Virus record (IMG/VR): IMGVR_UViG_3300008259_004660
Coordinates: 64,001-128,000 of that record
Direction: 5' to 3' (one strand)
Origin: a virus
Length of the DNA stretch: 64,000 nt
The position numbers and the translations under genes were made by a program. Of the stretch, positions 35,430 to 45,693 are shown one piece after another; position 1 is the first letter of the stretch, and each line of letters opens with the position of its first letter. Below the pieces are notes generated by a model. The model saw nothing but the letters and a program-made list of their open reading frames with translations. It ran no database searches and was not told the DNA's origin.

Positions 35430-35822
35430 GTGTTTGACCAAAATAAAAAATTAAACATACCTAAAAATTTTATCCTATTCGGACATAAGTATACTGTTGT
35501 TATAAAAAAAGATCTGTTTGAAACAGAAGGATGTTATGGAAATGCGGACGAAGATTTGAAATTAATCCAGCTACAGGGCGAAGGTGTGGTAAAAAGAAAA
35601 TACGAGGAAAATGGAAACACCTTTGAATCTGACATGACTATAACAAATGAAATGGTTATAGAAACATTCTTCCACGAGGTTATGCATATTGTGTTTGATG
35701 CAATGGGTGAAGAAGAACTGTCCGAGAATGAAAAGTTGGTGAATATATTAGGGAAAGCGTGGTTGGAGATATATTTATCTTCAGTATATGATCAAAAAGA
35801 CTCCGAAAAAAAAGAAGTCTAA
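35430..35822 (+). CDS. small HExxH protein
   Basis: ETFFHEVMH; GTG start. Confidence 0.65.
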   Translation: MFDQNKKLNIPKNFILFGHKYTVVIKKDLFETEGCYGNADEDLKLIQLQGEGVVKRKYEENGNTFESDMTITNEMVIETFFHEVMHIVFDAMGEEELSENEKLVNILGKAWLEIYLSSVYDQKDSEKKEV

Positions 35823-36159
35823 TTCAAAGGTCACAGTAAAACACGAAGTTGTTGAACTTCCTTCCAACAACAAGGAGATGGAAGATTATGTTCTCTCCAA
35901 TCGGTTAGAAATAAATGAAAAAATATTAGATAACATAGAGTTTGCATTAAAAAATAAACTCGGTGGCGTTGAAATGTTTTGTTTCAAAAATTCAAATTTT
36001 GTTGTGGTATTGAATCGTAGAGACTTCAAGGAAAGTCTGCAAAACATATACGAATTTAGTATGAGTAACGAAAAATTTGAGGTCTGTATAAGAGTTAAAA
36101 ATCTTATCGACCTTGCTGATAAGTTCGGGTTCATCTATAACTACAAAACCAAAAAATAA
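35788..36159 (+). CDS. hypothetical protein
   Basis: 123-aa ORF; EKFEVC motif. Confidence 0.65.
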   Translation: MIKKTPKKKKSNSKVTVKHEVVELPSNNKEMEDYVLSNRLEINEKILDNIEFALKNKLGGVEMFCFKNSNFVVVLNRRDFKESLQNIYEFSMSNEKFEVCIRVKNLIDLADKFGFIYNYKTKK

Positions 36160-36161
36160 AT

Positions 36162-36932
36162 ATGTCAAAAAAGAAAAGACTACAAAATAGGAAGATAAAA
36201 CAAGAAGAACAAATCAAATCTCAAATACCACCAAAAGACAAAAGTCCAGTAGTCCATCAACGAAACAAAATAGAACATTATTTGACAATATTACACAGAG
36301 AACTTACAGAGAAACAAAAAAAATTTATTGAATTAGCGTTAGACAAAAAAGTAAAATTGCTATTAGTATCGGGACCAGCGGGATCAACAAAAACATATCT
36401 TTCAGTTCTTGCAGCGTTGCTGTTAATGAATGAAAAGAAGATCAGCGACATTGTTTATGTTCGTAGTATCGTTGAAAGTGCCGACGTTAAAATGGGAACA
36501 TTACCCGGAGAAGCTGACGACAAATTATCTCCATATAAACGTCCACTTATCGATAAACTTGACGAACTTCTTCCAAAAGAAGACATTCAATATTTGATCA
36601 AAGATAACCGCATAGAAGGATTGCCAATTGGATATTTGCGCGGTCTTAACTGGAATGCAAAGGCAATCGTGGCAGATGAAATGCAAAATTGTACAAAGAA
36701 AGAGTTGGTTACGCTTATGACAAGAACGGGCGAATTTAGTAAAGTATTTGTGTGCGGCGACCCACAACAATCAGACATCAACGGAAGAAGTGGATTTCAA
36801 AGCATTTTCAATTTGTTCAATGACGATGAAAGTAAAGAGCATGGCATATATACATTTGAATTTACAGAGGACGACATATTAAGAAGTGCGCTAGTGAAAT
36901 TCATAGTGCAAAAAATCAAAAATCTAGGATAA
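36162..36932 (+). CDS. phoH: PhoH-family ATPase
   Basis: GPAGSTKTY, GTLPG, YLRG, DEMQN, GDPQQSD. Confidence 0.9.
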   Translation: MSKKKRLQNRKIKQEEQIKSQIPPKDKSPVVHQRNKIEHYLTILHRELTEKQKKFIELALDKKVKLLLVSGPAGSTKTYLSVLAALLLMNEKKISDIVYVRSIVESADVKMGTLPGEADDKLSPYKRPLIDKLDELLPKEDIQYLIKDNRIEGLPIGYLRGLNWNAKAIVADEMQNCTKKELVTLMTRTGEFSKVFVCGDPQQSDINGRSGFQSIFNLFNDDESKEHGIYTFEFTEDDILRSALVKFIVQKIKNLG

Positions 36933-37017
36933 TACATATAATAACTGCTTTTTTATAAAAGCCATCCAAATGGTATATATTTTTCTATTTGGGTGATATT
37001 TATAATGAAAAGATACT

Positions 37018-39525
37018 ATGTCCAATCAGAAAACAACCCAACTTCGTAGAGTCAGTGGCAGTCAACTTGTTTTTGGCGACTTGATTCCGTTGGTTGATAT
37101 TTCTGAAAATACATCTCCTACCGGAGAAACAAAAGCAATTTATGCTGGCGAGTTGGCCCAGTATATCATTTCTGGTGGACTTTTGAATGTTGCACTACCA
37201 AGACAGCCATACCAAACAACAAATGGTTTGGCTTTTAGTCAATCATCCAGCTACACTCCGGGATCAGGAACATCAAGTTATAATCTTCGTTGTTATGGAA
37301 ATTTTCCACAAGTGGGATCAAATTTCAGTTTGATGGTTCGCGGATTTATACCATCAACAATTTTGACAGAAGCAAATCCAAGAGTTTTGTTTGGTGTTGG
37401 AAATTCTCCTGACAATATAACATCGGGTGGACAGTCTGCATATATTGGCATTGAAGATTATGACTTGATTGGATATACAGACGATGGTGTTGCAACTAAG
37501 AAAATCATATTCAGCGATTTCATTGACAATTATTCTGACAGAGTATTTGAAGCTGTATTGACCAGAGATTCTTCAAGCTTGTTGAATTTGTATGTAAACA
37601 ATTCAAAGATTGGAGTTGGACTCAGTGGATCTGCCAGCACTATTACAAGTTCATATATCACATTAGGAAATGGTGACCAAACATTGCCAAACATTGAATG
37701 TACAATTTATGAGGCACATGTTTTTAATAAAGCACTTACTCAAGCTGAAGTAAATACATTGTTTTATGGTGGAGTAAGAAATTCTGATCCATATTTAGTA
37801 TCTTCATATACTCCAGTGAATTTGAATCCGGGTCCAACACAATGGTTGGATTCAAAAAGTTCAAATCACCTTCTACTTCCTACCAGCGGAGCAAAAGCAA
37901 CAAATCCAGATAAAGAATTCAGTTTAAGATTTGCAAATGATGGTACATCCAGTTTTCTTGGAAATGGAACCGAGCGAGCAATTCTTCCAGAAGGTTATGT
38001 TTTAACGGATGCGTTTGTATATTCTTCTGGCTCTCCACTTTTATCCATTGGGTCTACATCATCAGCCGCGCCGGTTGGAGCAAGTGGAATATATTCTTGG
38101 AACAACAACAGAGTTGCTTTGACAGAAGCAAAATACAGCAGAAATAATTTGCAACTTCTAGAATTGGGCGTCGCGCATAAAGACAGAAGTATATTCGTAT
38201 ATTACAGCGCAAGTGCGGCACCATGCACATTTAGTTTTGAAGGATATGTCGCAGAATATGGAGAGATTGTTTATTATCCACCAACACCTACACCAACGCC
38301 TACTCCAACTTTAACCGCAACACCAACGCCTACTCCAACTTTAACCGCAACACCAACGCCTACTCTAACTCTTACACCAACACCAACACCAACGGTTGGA
38401 CCTACACCAACACCAACACCAACGGGTGCGCCTACTTCAACGCCAACACCAACACCAACAACTGCTCCTACGGCAACTCCAACTCCGACACCAACATCAA
38501 CACCGCCCGGAGCACCAACTGCGACACCAACTCCAACTCCTACTCTGGGAATTCCATCAGTAGATGTTGCTCCTCAAGGAAGTGTTCCTGCTTACATAAA
38601 TATTCCATTTAATATAACAAGTACCGGAGCTTCAAATAATCTTAACAACATAACTTCTCACACAATATATGAGAGAAGTGGACCAACAGATCCTCCGACC
38701 GGAGGATGGGTGTCTTCTACGCTTACTAATCAGAGCCAAACTTCTTTACCATCAACAACATCAACCCGAGTTGATAGATACGACAACCCAGCACCAAGCA
38801 TAGCGGGTTATTATCAATTCAAAGCCGAGATTGTTGTCAACTCGGTTACATACACATCTATTTTATCGTCTGTATATTACATAGCAGCTGCACCAACGGC
38901 GACACCAACACCAACGGCAACTGTAGCAACGGCGACACCAACACCAACGCCGACCGCAACTGGAAACCCAACAAACACACCAACACCAACACCAACTGCT
39001 ACAATAGCACAAACAAACACACCAACACCAACACCAACTGCTACAATAGCACAAACAGACACGCCAACACCAACACCGACTGCTACAATAGCACAAACAG
39101 ACACGCCAACACCAACACCGACTGCTACAATAGCGCCGGACTGTGCATGCTATGATCTTGTCTGTAATTCAAACGGTGACTTTTCTGGAACCCACTACGA
39201 TTGCAGTACAGGAAATGCAGTAAGTGTAACTGATACAGGAAACGCGCCGGGACAAGTTATCCAATCGGTGTGTGCAAGATCTTCAAATCCAGCTGCACCT
39301 AATGCGTCGGTAGGATCTTATACACAAGTTTGGCCGGCATGCCCATGCCCGGGTGCAACAAGTACACCAACGCCAACGCCAACAATTGGAGCAACCAATA
39401 CCCCAACACCTACACCAACAGAAGCGCCGACGCCAACGCCGACCCCGACAACATACGGTGGGTTTGCACCTCCACCCGAAGGGGAGGACATAGGAGCAAA
39501 CTCACAAAACGTACCTTTCCCATAA
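37018..39525 (+). CDS. Large probable virion protein: LamG-like domain, long PT tracts, Cys-containing tip
   Basis: [19 protein letters not shown]; three (PT)n tracts. Confidence 0.75.
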   Translation: MSNQKTTQLRRVSGSQLVFGDLIPLVDISENTSPTGETKAIYAGELAQYIISGGLLNVALPRQPYQTTNGLAFSQSSSYTPGSGTSSYNLRCYGNFPQVGSNFSLMVRGFIPSTILTEANPRVLFGVGNSPDNITSGGQSAYIGIEDYDLIGYTDDGVATKKIIFSDFIDNYSDRVFEAVLTRDSSSLLNLYVNNSKIGVGLSGSASTITSSYITLGNGDQTLPNIECTIYEAHVFNKALTQAEVNTLFYGGVRNSDPYLVSSYTPVNLNPGPTQWLDSKSSNHLLLPTSGAKATNPDKEFSLRFANDGTSSFLGNGTERAILPEGYVLTDAFVYSSGSPLLSIGSTSSAAPVGASGIYSWNNNRVALTEAKYSRNNLQLLELGVAHKDRSIFVYYSASAAPCTFSFEGYVAEYGEIVYYPPTPTPTPTPTLTATPTPTPTLTATPTPTLTLTPTPTPTVGPTPTPTPTGAPTSTPTPTPTTAPTATPTPTPTSTPPGAPTATPTPTPTLGIPSVDVAPQGSVPAYINIPFNITSTGASNNLNNITSHTIYERSGPTDPPTGGWVSSTLTNQSQTSLPSTTSTRVDRYDNPAPSIAGYYQFKAEIVVNSVTYTSILSSVYYIAAAPTATPTPTATVATATPTPTPTATGNPTNTPTPTPTATIAQTNTPTPTPTATIAQTDTPTPTPTATIAQTDTPTPTPTATIAPDCACYDLVCNSNGDFSGTHYDCSTGNAVSVTDTGNAPGQVIQSVCARSSNPAAPNASVGSYTQVWPACPCPGATSTPTPTPTIGATNTPTPTPTEAPTPTPTPTTYGGFAPPPEGEDIGANSQNVPFP
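38975..39135 (+). repeat. 42-bp tandem units encoding [13 protein letters not shown](N/D)
   Basis: About four copies containing ACTGCTACAATAGC. Confidence 0.75.
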
Positions 39526-39532
39526 TATTTAA

Positions 39533-39751
39533 ATGAAAGAATATATAAACAGAAGTTTTAGTATAGTTACTGAAAATTTACTCAAGTGTAAAGCTGAGAA
39601 TTTCAAGGTGTTTTATGAGAACGAATTAAATCAATCATTCGAAATTGGTGGATATATGATAAATGGAGATTATACTTTTGTAAAAATGAAAGAAGCTGGA
39701 AACTTTTTCAGAATAAAAGACAACGAAAAGATATACATTCTTCGCAATTAA
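39533..39751 (+). CDS. hypothetical protein
   Basis: 72-aa ORF. Confidence 0.5.
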   Translation: MKEYINRSFSIVTENLLKCKAENFKVFYENELNQSFEIGGYMINGDYTFVKMKEAGNFFRIKDNEKIYILRN

Positions 39752-39897
39752 TTTTTCGTTGTTTATAATGGTTTTAAAAATAATAGTATAGACAAGCATT
39801 ACTAAAAATGTAGATATAATATCTACTATGCAAAATAATACGATTTAATTTATTATTGCTTGCATATATATGATAAAAGTCTATAATACAAAGTTAT

Positions 39898-41157
39898 ATG
39901 AAAAAAAATAATGATCTAATATTCGTGCAGATAGCATCATATCGTGATCCAGAATTGGTTCCTACCATCAAGGACATGATTGCCAAAGCGAAACATCCAG
40001 AAAAATTAACATTTGGTATTTGTTGGCAAAAAGATGAAACGGAAAATCTTGATGAATTCATCGACAATCCAAATTTCAGAATTGAAACATATCATTATTC
40101 AGAAAGCCAAGGACTGGGTTGGGCTAGAAACATAACAAACAAGTTGTATCGTGGGGAAAAATACACCTTGCAGATTGATAGTCACCATCGTTTTGTTCAA
40201 GATTGGGATGCAATGATTCTTGAAGATTATGATCAGGCTTTGTCGGTTGCAAAAAAACCAATCATAAGCACATATTGTACACCATTTGACACTGCGTTGC
40301 CGATTGAAAAAGCAAGCCCAGTACCATGCTTGATGTCACAATATGAATTTAGCAATGACAAACTTTTGATGAGCATGCCTCATTACATTGGAGATTATGA
40401 GAAGCGAACCAAAATTATTCGCGCTCGCACGTTGAGTGGACATTTCTTTTTTGTTGCTGGAAAATTTATTGAAGAAGTACCATATGATCCAGACATTTAT
40501 TTTGGTGGATACACTGAAGAAACAACTATGAGTGTTCGTGCATATACACATGGATATGATTTCTTCAGCCCATACAGAATGATTATGTGGCATGAATATA
40601 CTCGCAAATATCGTCCAAAGCATTGGGATGATCACGGCAAGGAAAGTGCCACAAAGAAGACAAGTGGTGAGAGAGATATTTATGCAAGAAAGAAAACTCG
40701 CCAATTGTTCGGACAAGAAGAACATGGAATTGATATGGGAATTTATGGATTAGGAAAGGTTCGCTCTTTGCATGATTATGAAGTATACGGAGGTTTTAAT
40801 TTCAAAGCATGTAAAATACAAGATTATACTCTATTGGTAAAAGAACCACCGAATCCACCTGATTGGGAGGCGCAATTCAAAAAAGAAAGACTCAAAATGA
40901 ATGTTGCATGGGATGTAGGACATTTCATGGAAGAAGACACTGGAGATTTTGAATTCATCACATTTGGCGTCGTTGACAAATATGACACAAATTTGTTCAG
41001 AGTTGATTTCAAACCATCAACTCATCCTGAAATATTCACATACAAGAAAAGTTCAATTGATGTAGAGATAATTTCAGATAACAAGCCAGACAGAGTAATA
41101 ATGTATTCTTTTAGCAAATCAAAACAGTGGGGTAAGCGTTACGAGAAAAAACTATGA
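39898..41157 (+). CDS. GT60-type polypeptide/Skp1 alpha-GlcNAc transferase (GlcNAc family)
   Basis: IFVQIASYRDPEL, LQIDSHHRF, GHFFF, YDP..YFGG..EE, RAYTHGYD. Confidence 0.8.
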   Translation: MKKNNDLIFVQIASYRDPELVPTIKDMIAKAKHPEKLTFGICWQKDETENLDEFIDNPNFRIETYHYSESQGLGWARNITNKLYRGEKYTLQIDSHHRFVQDWDAMILEDYDQALSVAKKPIISTYCTPFDTALPIEKASPVPCLMSQYEFSNDKLLMSMPHYIGDYEKRTKIIRARTLSGHFFFVAGKFIEEVPYDPDIYFGGYTEETTMSVRAYTHGYDFFSPYRMIMWHEYTRKYRPKHWDDHGKESATKKTSGERDIYARKKTRQLFGQEEHGIDMGIYGLGKVRSLHDYEVYGGFNFKACKIQDYTLLVKEPPNPPDWEAQFKKERLKMNVAWDVGHFMEEDTGDFEFITFGVVDKYDTNLFRVDFKPSTHPEIFTYKKSSIDVEIISDNKPDRVIMYSFSKSKQWGKRYEKKL

Positions 41158-42332
41158 GAATATTGTTCACTGTTTTAGGAAACAGTCGTCGTAGTAATTA
41201 TCTTGACGGAGAAACATTAAGATATGGAAACGGCGGTGGATCTGGGACTGATACCAGTTCAATAATAGTTGCTGAACAACTCGCCGCACAAGGCCACGAT
41301 GTGGTGTTTTGTTCAGACAAACTAGAACCACTGTTGGAAGAGTCTTATGCCAAAAAAGGAATTGTATTTAATGCAGGAAAGAAAGTTCGTGGTGTAATAT
41401 ACACGAACTTTCAGTTGGATAATGTTGAAAACAAAACATTTGATGTGTTGGTAAACAGTCTATGGTTCAGTAAGTACAAAGAGTTACCAGTCAAAATCAC
41501 AAAGGCTGTAATCTATTGGTGTCATATGCAATGGATTTATGGAATTGGCGAGATGATTGAGTATGTCAAGGAAAACAACCTAACCCTCGGATTTGTTCAT
41601 ATTTCAGAATGGGAAAAGAGCATGACAAATCCAGTTGTACAGGATGCTTGTAACAAATTGCCAAATACAAAGGTTGTTACGATACCAAATCCTATAATGG
41701 ATGACATGATTGAAGAAGTGTTGAGTGAGAAGATAGAAAAGAAAAGCGGGTCATTTATTTTTCATCCACTTTGGGCAAGAGGAGGAAATGTGGCAGTACA
41801 AGCGGTACGTGAACTTGATTTTCCAGAAAAAGAATTCAACGCATTTGATTATCTCATGTGCATTCATGGTCACACTGATCCATTCTTTAGAAATCATAAT
41901 GGTGTGGACAAGAAAACCTTGTTCAGATGTTTGGCAAAGAGTGACTATTTCATTTATCCACTGTATACTCCATACAAGGATGTTCACAAAGATACATTTT
42001 CGTGTGTTGTTGCAGAGGCAATTGCTATGGGCGTAACTGTAGTAACATACCCATTAGGTGCATTACATGATAACTTTGATGGATATTGCGCATGGTTAGA
42101 TTTTCCACCAGATACTGATCCTATAAAGATGCAAAAGGAACAATTGTCAAAGGACGAAGAAGGCAAGTTCAATTACACAAAGAACATAGTTGAAAAGGTC
42201 AAATATTTGGAAGCCAATACTGAATTTAAAAACAAAGTAAGAACCCAAGGCAAAGATTTCATATTTGAGAAATTTAATTCCAACAAAGTAGGACTGATGT
42301 GGCGCGATTTTATTTCACAGTTAACATCATAA
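41154..42332 (+). CDS. GT-B (GT4-like) glycosyltransferase, paralog A
   Basis: GGSGTDTS..AEQLAAQGHDV; DTFSCVVAEAIAMG. Confidence 0.75.
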   Translation: MRILFTVLGNSRRSNYLDGETLRYGNGGGSGTDTSSIIVAEQLAAQGHDVVFCSDKLEPLLEESYAKKGIVFNAGKKVRGVIYTNFQLDNVENKTFDVLVNSLWFSKYKELPVKITKAVIYWCHMQWIYGIGEMIEYVKENNLTLGFVHISEWEKSMTNPVVQDACNKLPNTKVVTIPNPIMDDMIEEVLSEKIEKKSGSFIFHPLWARGGNVAVQAVRELDFPEKEFNAFDYLMCIHGHTDPFFRNHNGVDKKTLFRCLAKSDYFIYPLYTPYKDVHKDTFSCVVAEAIAMGVTVVTYPLGALHDNFDGYCAWLDFPPDTDPIKMQKEQLSKDEEGKFNYTKNIVEKVKYLEANTEFKNKVRTQGKDFIFEKFNSNKVGLMWRDFISQLTS

Positions 42333-42336
42333 TATC

Positions 42337-43515
42337 ATGAGAATAGCAATCATAGTAATAGGAAACAGCAGACGAAACAATTATCTGAACGGTCATAATC
42401 TCAGATATGATGGTGGAGGGGCATCTGGCACAGACACTAGTTCAATGCTTGTTGCTGAATATTTGGCAAGCAAAGGACATGAGGTTGTAATGACTGTGGA
42501 TGAATTGGAGCCATTACTTGAAGAGAAACTACAAAAGCAGGGAAAGAAGTTTGTGCCCGGAGCAAAAAGTTATGGTGTTTCATACACAAATAAAAACTTC
42601 GACGGTATTGAGAATAAAACTTTTGATGTATTGATAAACATGCTTTGGTTTCAAGACTATGACAAGCTTCCTATTACAGTAACCAAGAGTTTGATTTATT
42701 GGTGTCATATGCAATGGGTATATGGGATAGATGCACATATGGCATATGCAAGAAAACACAATCTTACTCTCGGAATGGTTAATGTTTCGACTTGGCAAGC
42801 TAGTGTGTCACAGAATGTTATAAATCATGTCAAAGCCAATTACGAAAAAACAAAGCAATTCCTAATTTCAAATCCAATTTTTGATGAAATGATCAGAGAG
42901 GTTGAGCAGGAACCAATTCAAAAGAAGAAAGGTAAGTTTATATTTCACGCCACATGGCCAACGGGTGGAGATGTTGCAATGCAGGCAGTCAGAGAGTTGG
43001 ATATGCCAGAAAAACAGTTTCATGCATTTGATTATTTCATAACGGTGCATGGTCATACTGAGTCATATTTCCACAACCATCAAGCGGTGGATAGAAAAAC
43101 ACTTTACAAACACTTGGCTGAAAGTGAATATTTCATATATCCATTGTATACCATACACAAGGTTTTGAGAAAAGATACATTTGCATGCACTGTTGCAGAG
43201 GCTCTTGCTTTTAACACAATTGTATTAACATATCCACTTGGTGCATTGCCAACTGTGTTTGGTGACAAGTGTGTTTGGTTGGATGCCCCTCCGGGCACTA
43301 ACCTCGATGAGCTTCAACGTGCTGATTTGGCAAGAGACGAAGAAGGAAAGTTCAAATATACAAAAAATATCGTGGATAAGATAAACTATCTTGAAGCTAA
43401 CCCAGAGATAAAGGAAAAATATAGAACTGGTGGAAGACAATATGTGCTTGAAAATTTTAATATTAACAAGATTGGAAAAATGTGGGAGGATTGCTTGGAG
43501 GAATTGACAAAATGA
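42337..43515 (+). CDS. GT-B (GT4-like) glycosyltransferase, paralog B
   Basis: GASGTDTS..AEYLASKGHEV; DTFACTVAEALAF. Confidence 0.75.
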   Translation: MRIAIIVIGNSRRNNYLNGHNLRYDGGGASGTDTSSMLVAEYLASKGHEVVMTVDELEPLLEEKLQKQGKKFVPGAKSYGVSYTNKNFDGIENKTFDVLINMLWFQDYDKLPITVTKSLIYWCHMQWVYGIDAHMAYARKHNLTLGMVNVSTWQASVSQNVINHVKANYEKTKQFLISNPIFDEMIREVEQEPIQKKKGKFIFHATWPTGGDVAMQAVRELDMPEKQFHAFDYFITVHGHTESYFHNHQAVDRKTLYKHLAESEYFIYPLYTIHKVLRKDTFACTVAEALAFNTIVLTYPLGALPTVFGDKCVWLDAPPGTNLDELQRADLARDEEGKFKYTKNIVDKINYLEANPEIKEKYRTGGRQYVLENFNINKIGKMWEDCLEELTK

Positions 43516-44210
43516 AAATAGAAAATTTCTTTGAAAAAGGATACTATATAAATCTGGACAGAAGAACAGACAGAAACGAGCTTTTTCGTAAAGAAATGGA
43601 TAGAGTTGGGTTGCTATCTTTTTTTGAAAGAGTTTCCGCTGAAGATGGTATAAATGAACCAGATCCAATGAAGAGGCATGCGTACTGTGCATATACTTAT
43701 CACAAATTATTCAAGAAAATATACGATCTCGGATATGAAAGAGTGCTGATTTTTGAAGATGATGCATTTTTCTATGACAGACCAGAAATATCAGGAAGAG
43801 ATTTGGCGGAAAAAGCATTGGACGATCTAAAATATTTTCCAAATTGGGACATGGTTTTGTTTGGAGGAAGACCCGTGGATACAGTTGGACCTCTGCAAAT
43901 AATGACAGACAATCTTTTCAGATCACAAATGGTTCTAGGAACTCACGCCGTTGGATACAGAAGAAAAGTTATCAAGAAGGTACTTGATGAATATGTTCCA
44001 TTTCAAGATGGTACGATTGATGGTTGGTATGGTAATGTTCCTGTCATAGAAAAATATCTGGTAAACCCCCTCGCATGTGGAGCTATGCCCGTTAAAAGTG
44101 ATTTGGACGGCAATGGCTATATATCAAACGTTAAAGATGATATCATTTGCTATGATAGAGTGCCAAAAATAGACAAACGCCATGAAACACAAAGTAATAA
44201 GCCTGTATAA
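43512..44210 (+). CDS. GT25 family glycosyltransferase
   Basis: YYINLDRRTDR, VLIFEDDA, GTHAVG. Confidence 0.8.
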   Translation: MKIENFFEKGYYINLDRRTDRNELFRKEMDRVGLLSFFERVSAEDGINEPDPMKRHAYCAYTYHKLFKKIYDLGYERVLIFEDDAFFYDRPEISGRDLAEKALDDLKYFPNWDMVLFGGRPVDTVGPLQIMTDNLFRSQMVLGTHAVGYRRKVIKKVLDEYVPFQDGTIDGWYGNVPVIEKYLVNPLACGAMPVKSDLDGNGYISNVKDDIICYDRVPKIDKRHETQSNKPV

Positions 44211-44871
44211 ATCGGATATTGACTATACGATAGTTGAATTGCAAAAGAAAGTTTTTGATTATTTTTCAATTCCTCTTGAGCAAATTTCATTCGATGGCAT
44301 GCATTCTACTGCCATTGAAAAATATGTGAAAAATAACAATGATTGGGACAGTATAACCATATTTGATGTTGATTGCATTCCCATCACACATGATTGTGTA
44401 TCAAGAGCAATCAAGGAAATATCAGACAATAATACCATCTATGGGAATGGACAGGCTTCCAACTCAATATTTCCAACAACACCAAGAACTCCTCCTTTTA
44501 TAGCACCAAGTTTTCTAAGCTTCAGCAGAGATTTATGGGAAAGATCTCCATTCAAGAATTTTGATTTTCAAAGATATCCAAATCCAGAAGGAATTTCTAT
44601 GGAAGCTGATGTGGCGGAGGTATTCACCAGAGAAAATGAAAAAGCTGGAAGAAGAATAGCTATGAATTATCCAACCAGATGTTTAACTGGTATAGCATGG
44701 AATTATTTCGGCGGATATGGCTATAAGGAATTTGGTTTTGGAATTGCAACGGAGTTTGAAAGCGGAACATATCATAATTTTCAAATCAGATTGCCAGAGA
44801 AACAAAAATACTTCTTTGATTATTGCGACAAATTGATGCGCGGAGAAAAAATTGAAAGTTTTGTATCATGA
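44182..44871 (+). CDS. putative GT-A glycosyltransferase
   Basis: DxD motif FDVDCIP; position within the GT operon. Confidence 0.55.
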   Translation: MKHKVISLYKSDIDYTIVELQKKVFDYFSIPLEQISFDGMHSTAIEKYVKNNNDWDSITIFDVDCIPITHDCVSRAIKEISDNNTIYGNGQASNSIFPTTPRTPPFIAPSFLSFSRDLWERSPFKNFDFQRYPNPEGISMEADVAEVFTRENEKAGRRIAMNYPTRCLTGIAWNYFGGYGYKEFGFGIATEFESGTYHNFQIRLPEKQKYFFDYCDKLMRGEKIESFVS

Positions 44872-45692
44872 AGGAAATGACCAGCAATTATATCACTTGC
44901 AGACTGCAAGGCAGAACAGGAAACATAATGTTTCAGATAGCAAACGGCTACGCTCAGTCGTTAAAACATAATAGACAGTTTGTTGTTCCGTCAAAAGAAT
45001 CAACAACCAGTCATTTGGAAAAAGGATTGTTCAGAAAATTTGACTTTAGAATAAACACTATCCCGTCAAACAATATTGCACATCATATTTGGGCACCTTT
45101 TACATACAAAGAATTTGCTCCAGCAGAAGACAGACCCACGGCTTTCTGTGGATGGTATCAATCTGAAAAATACTTTGGAAACTATAAAGAAGTAATAAGA
45201 GATGCATTTAGTCCAACTACGGAATTTGTAATAAAAGCAACAAAAGAATTTCCGTTTTTAAATTCAGCCAGAGTTGCCGCCATAAATGTAAGAAGAGGAG
45301 ATTATCTCACCCAACCAAGACATCATCCAGTTGTGACATTGGATTATATAGAAGAAGCAAGAAAACTTCTGCCACAACATGATTATCTAATGGTTCTTAG
45401 TGATGATTTTGAATGGTGTAAGAACAACATCAAAGGAAATAACATCATATTTCCAAGCAACTATGTTGATCAGGATGCTATGTGGCTATTATCAATGTGT
45501 GATGATTTTATTATTTCAAACTCTACATTCAGTTGGTGGGGTGCATTCTTATCAAGAACAAAAAACAAGGTGGTTATATCTCCATCCACGTGGTTTGGAC
45601 CAGACATACATGAAGATCCTTCTGATGTTTGGTGTGAAGGTTGGATAAAAGTTCCAACAAAATGGAAAGACGGTTTTATTGTAATGGAATAA
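44868..45692 (+). CDS. GT11 alpha-1,2-fucosyltransferase
   Basis: GRTGNIMFQ, GWYQSEKYF, NVRRGDY, SNSTFSWWGA. Confidence 0.85.
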   Translation: MKEMTSNYITCRLQGRTGNIMFQIANGYAQSLKHNRQFVVPSKESTTSHLEKGLFRKFDFRINTIPSNNIAHHIWAPFTYKEFAPAEDRPTAFCGWYQSEKYFGNYKEVIRDAFSPTTEFVIKATKEFPFLNSARVAAINVRRGDYLTQPRHHPVVTLDYIEEARKLLPQHDYLMVLSDDFEWCKNNIKGNNIIFPSNYVDQDAMWLLSMCDDFIISNSTFSWWGAFLSRTKNKVVISPSTWFGPDIHEDPSDVWCEGWIKVPTKWKDGFIVME

Positions 45693-45693
45693 T

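Noticed and set aside
29510-39104. Val-Gly or Trp-Cys-rich antisense ORFs
   Set aside because: Shadows of the PT repeats on the opposite strand
10186-45600. Other CACGTG-centred sites (about 10188, 10994, 15805, 17690, 22776, 45588) as parS
   Set aside because: Flanks do not match TGTT(T/C)...(A/G)AACA
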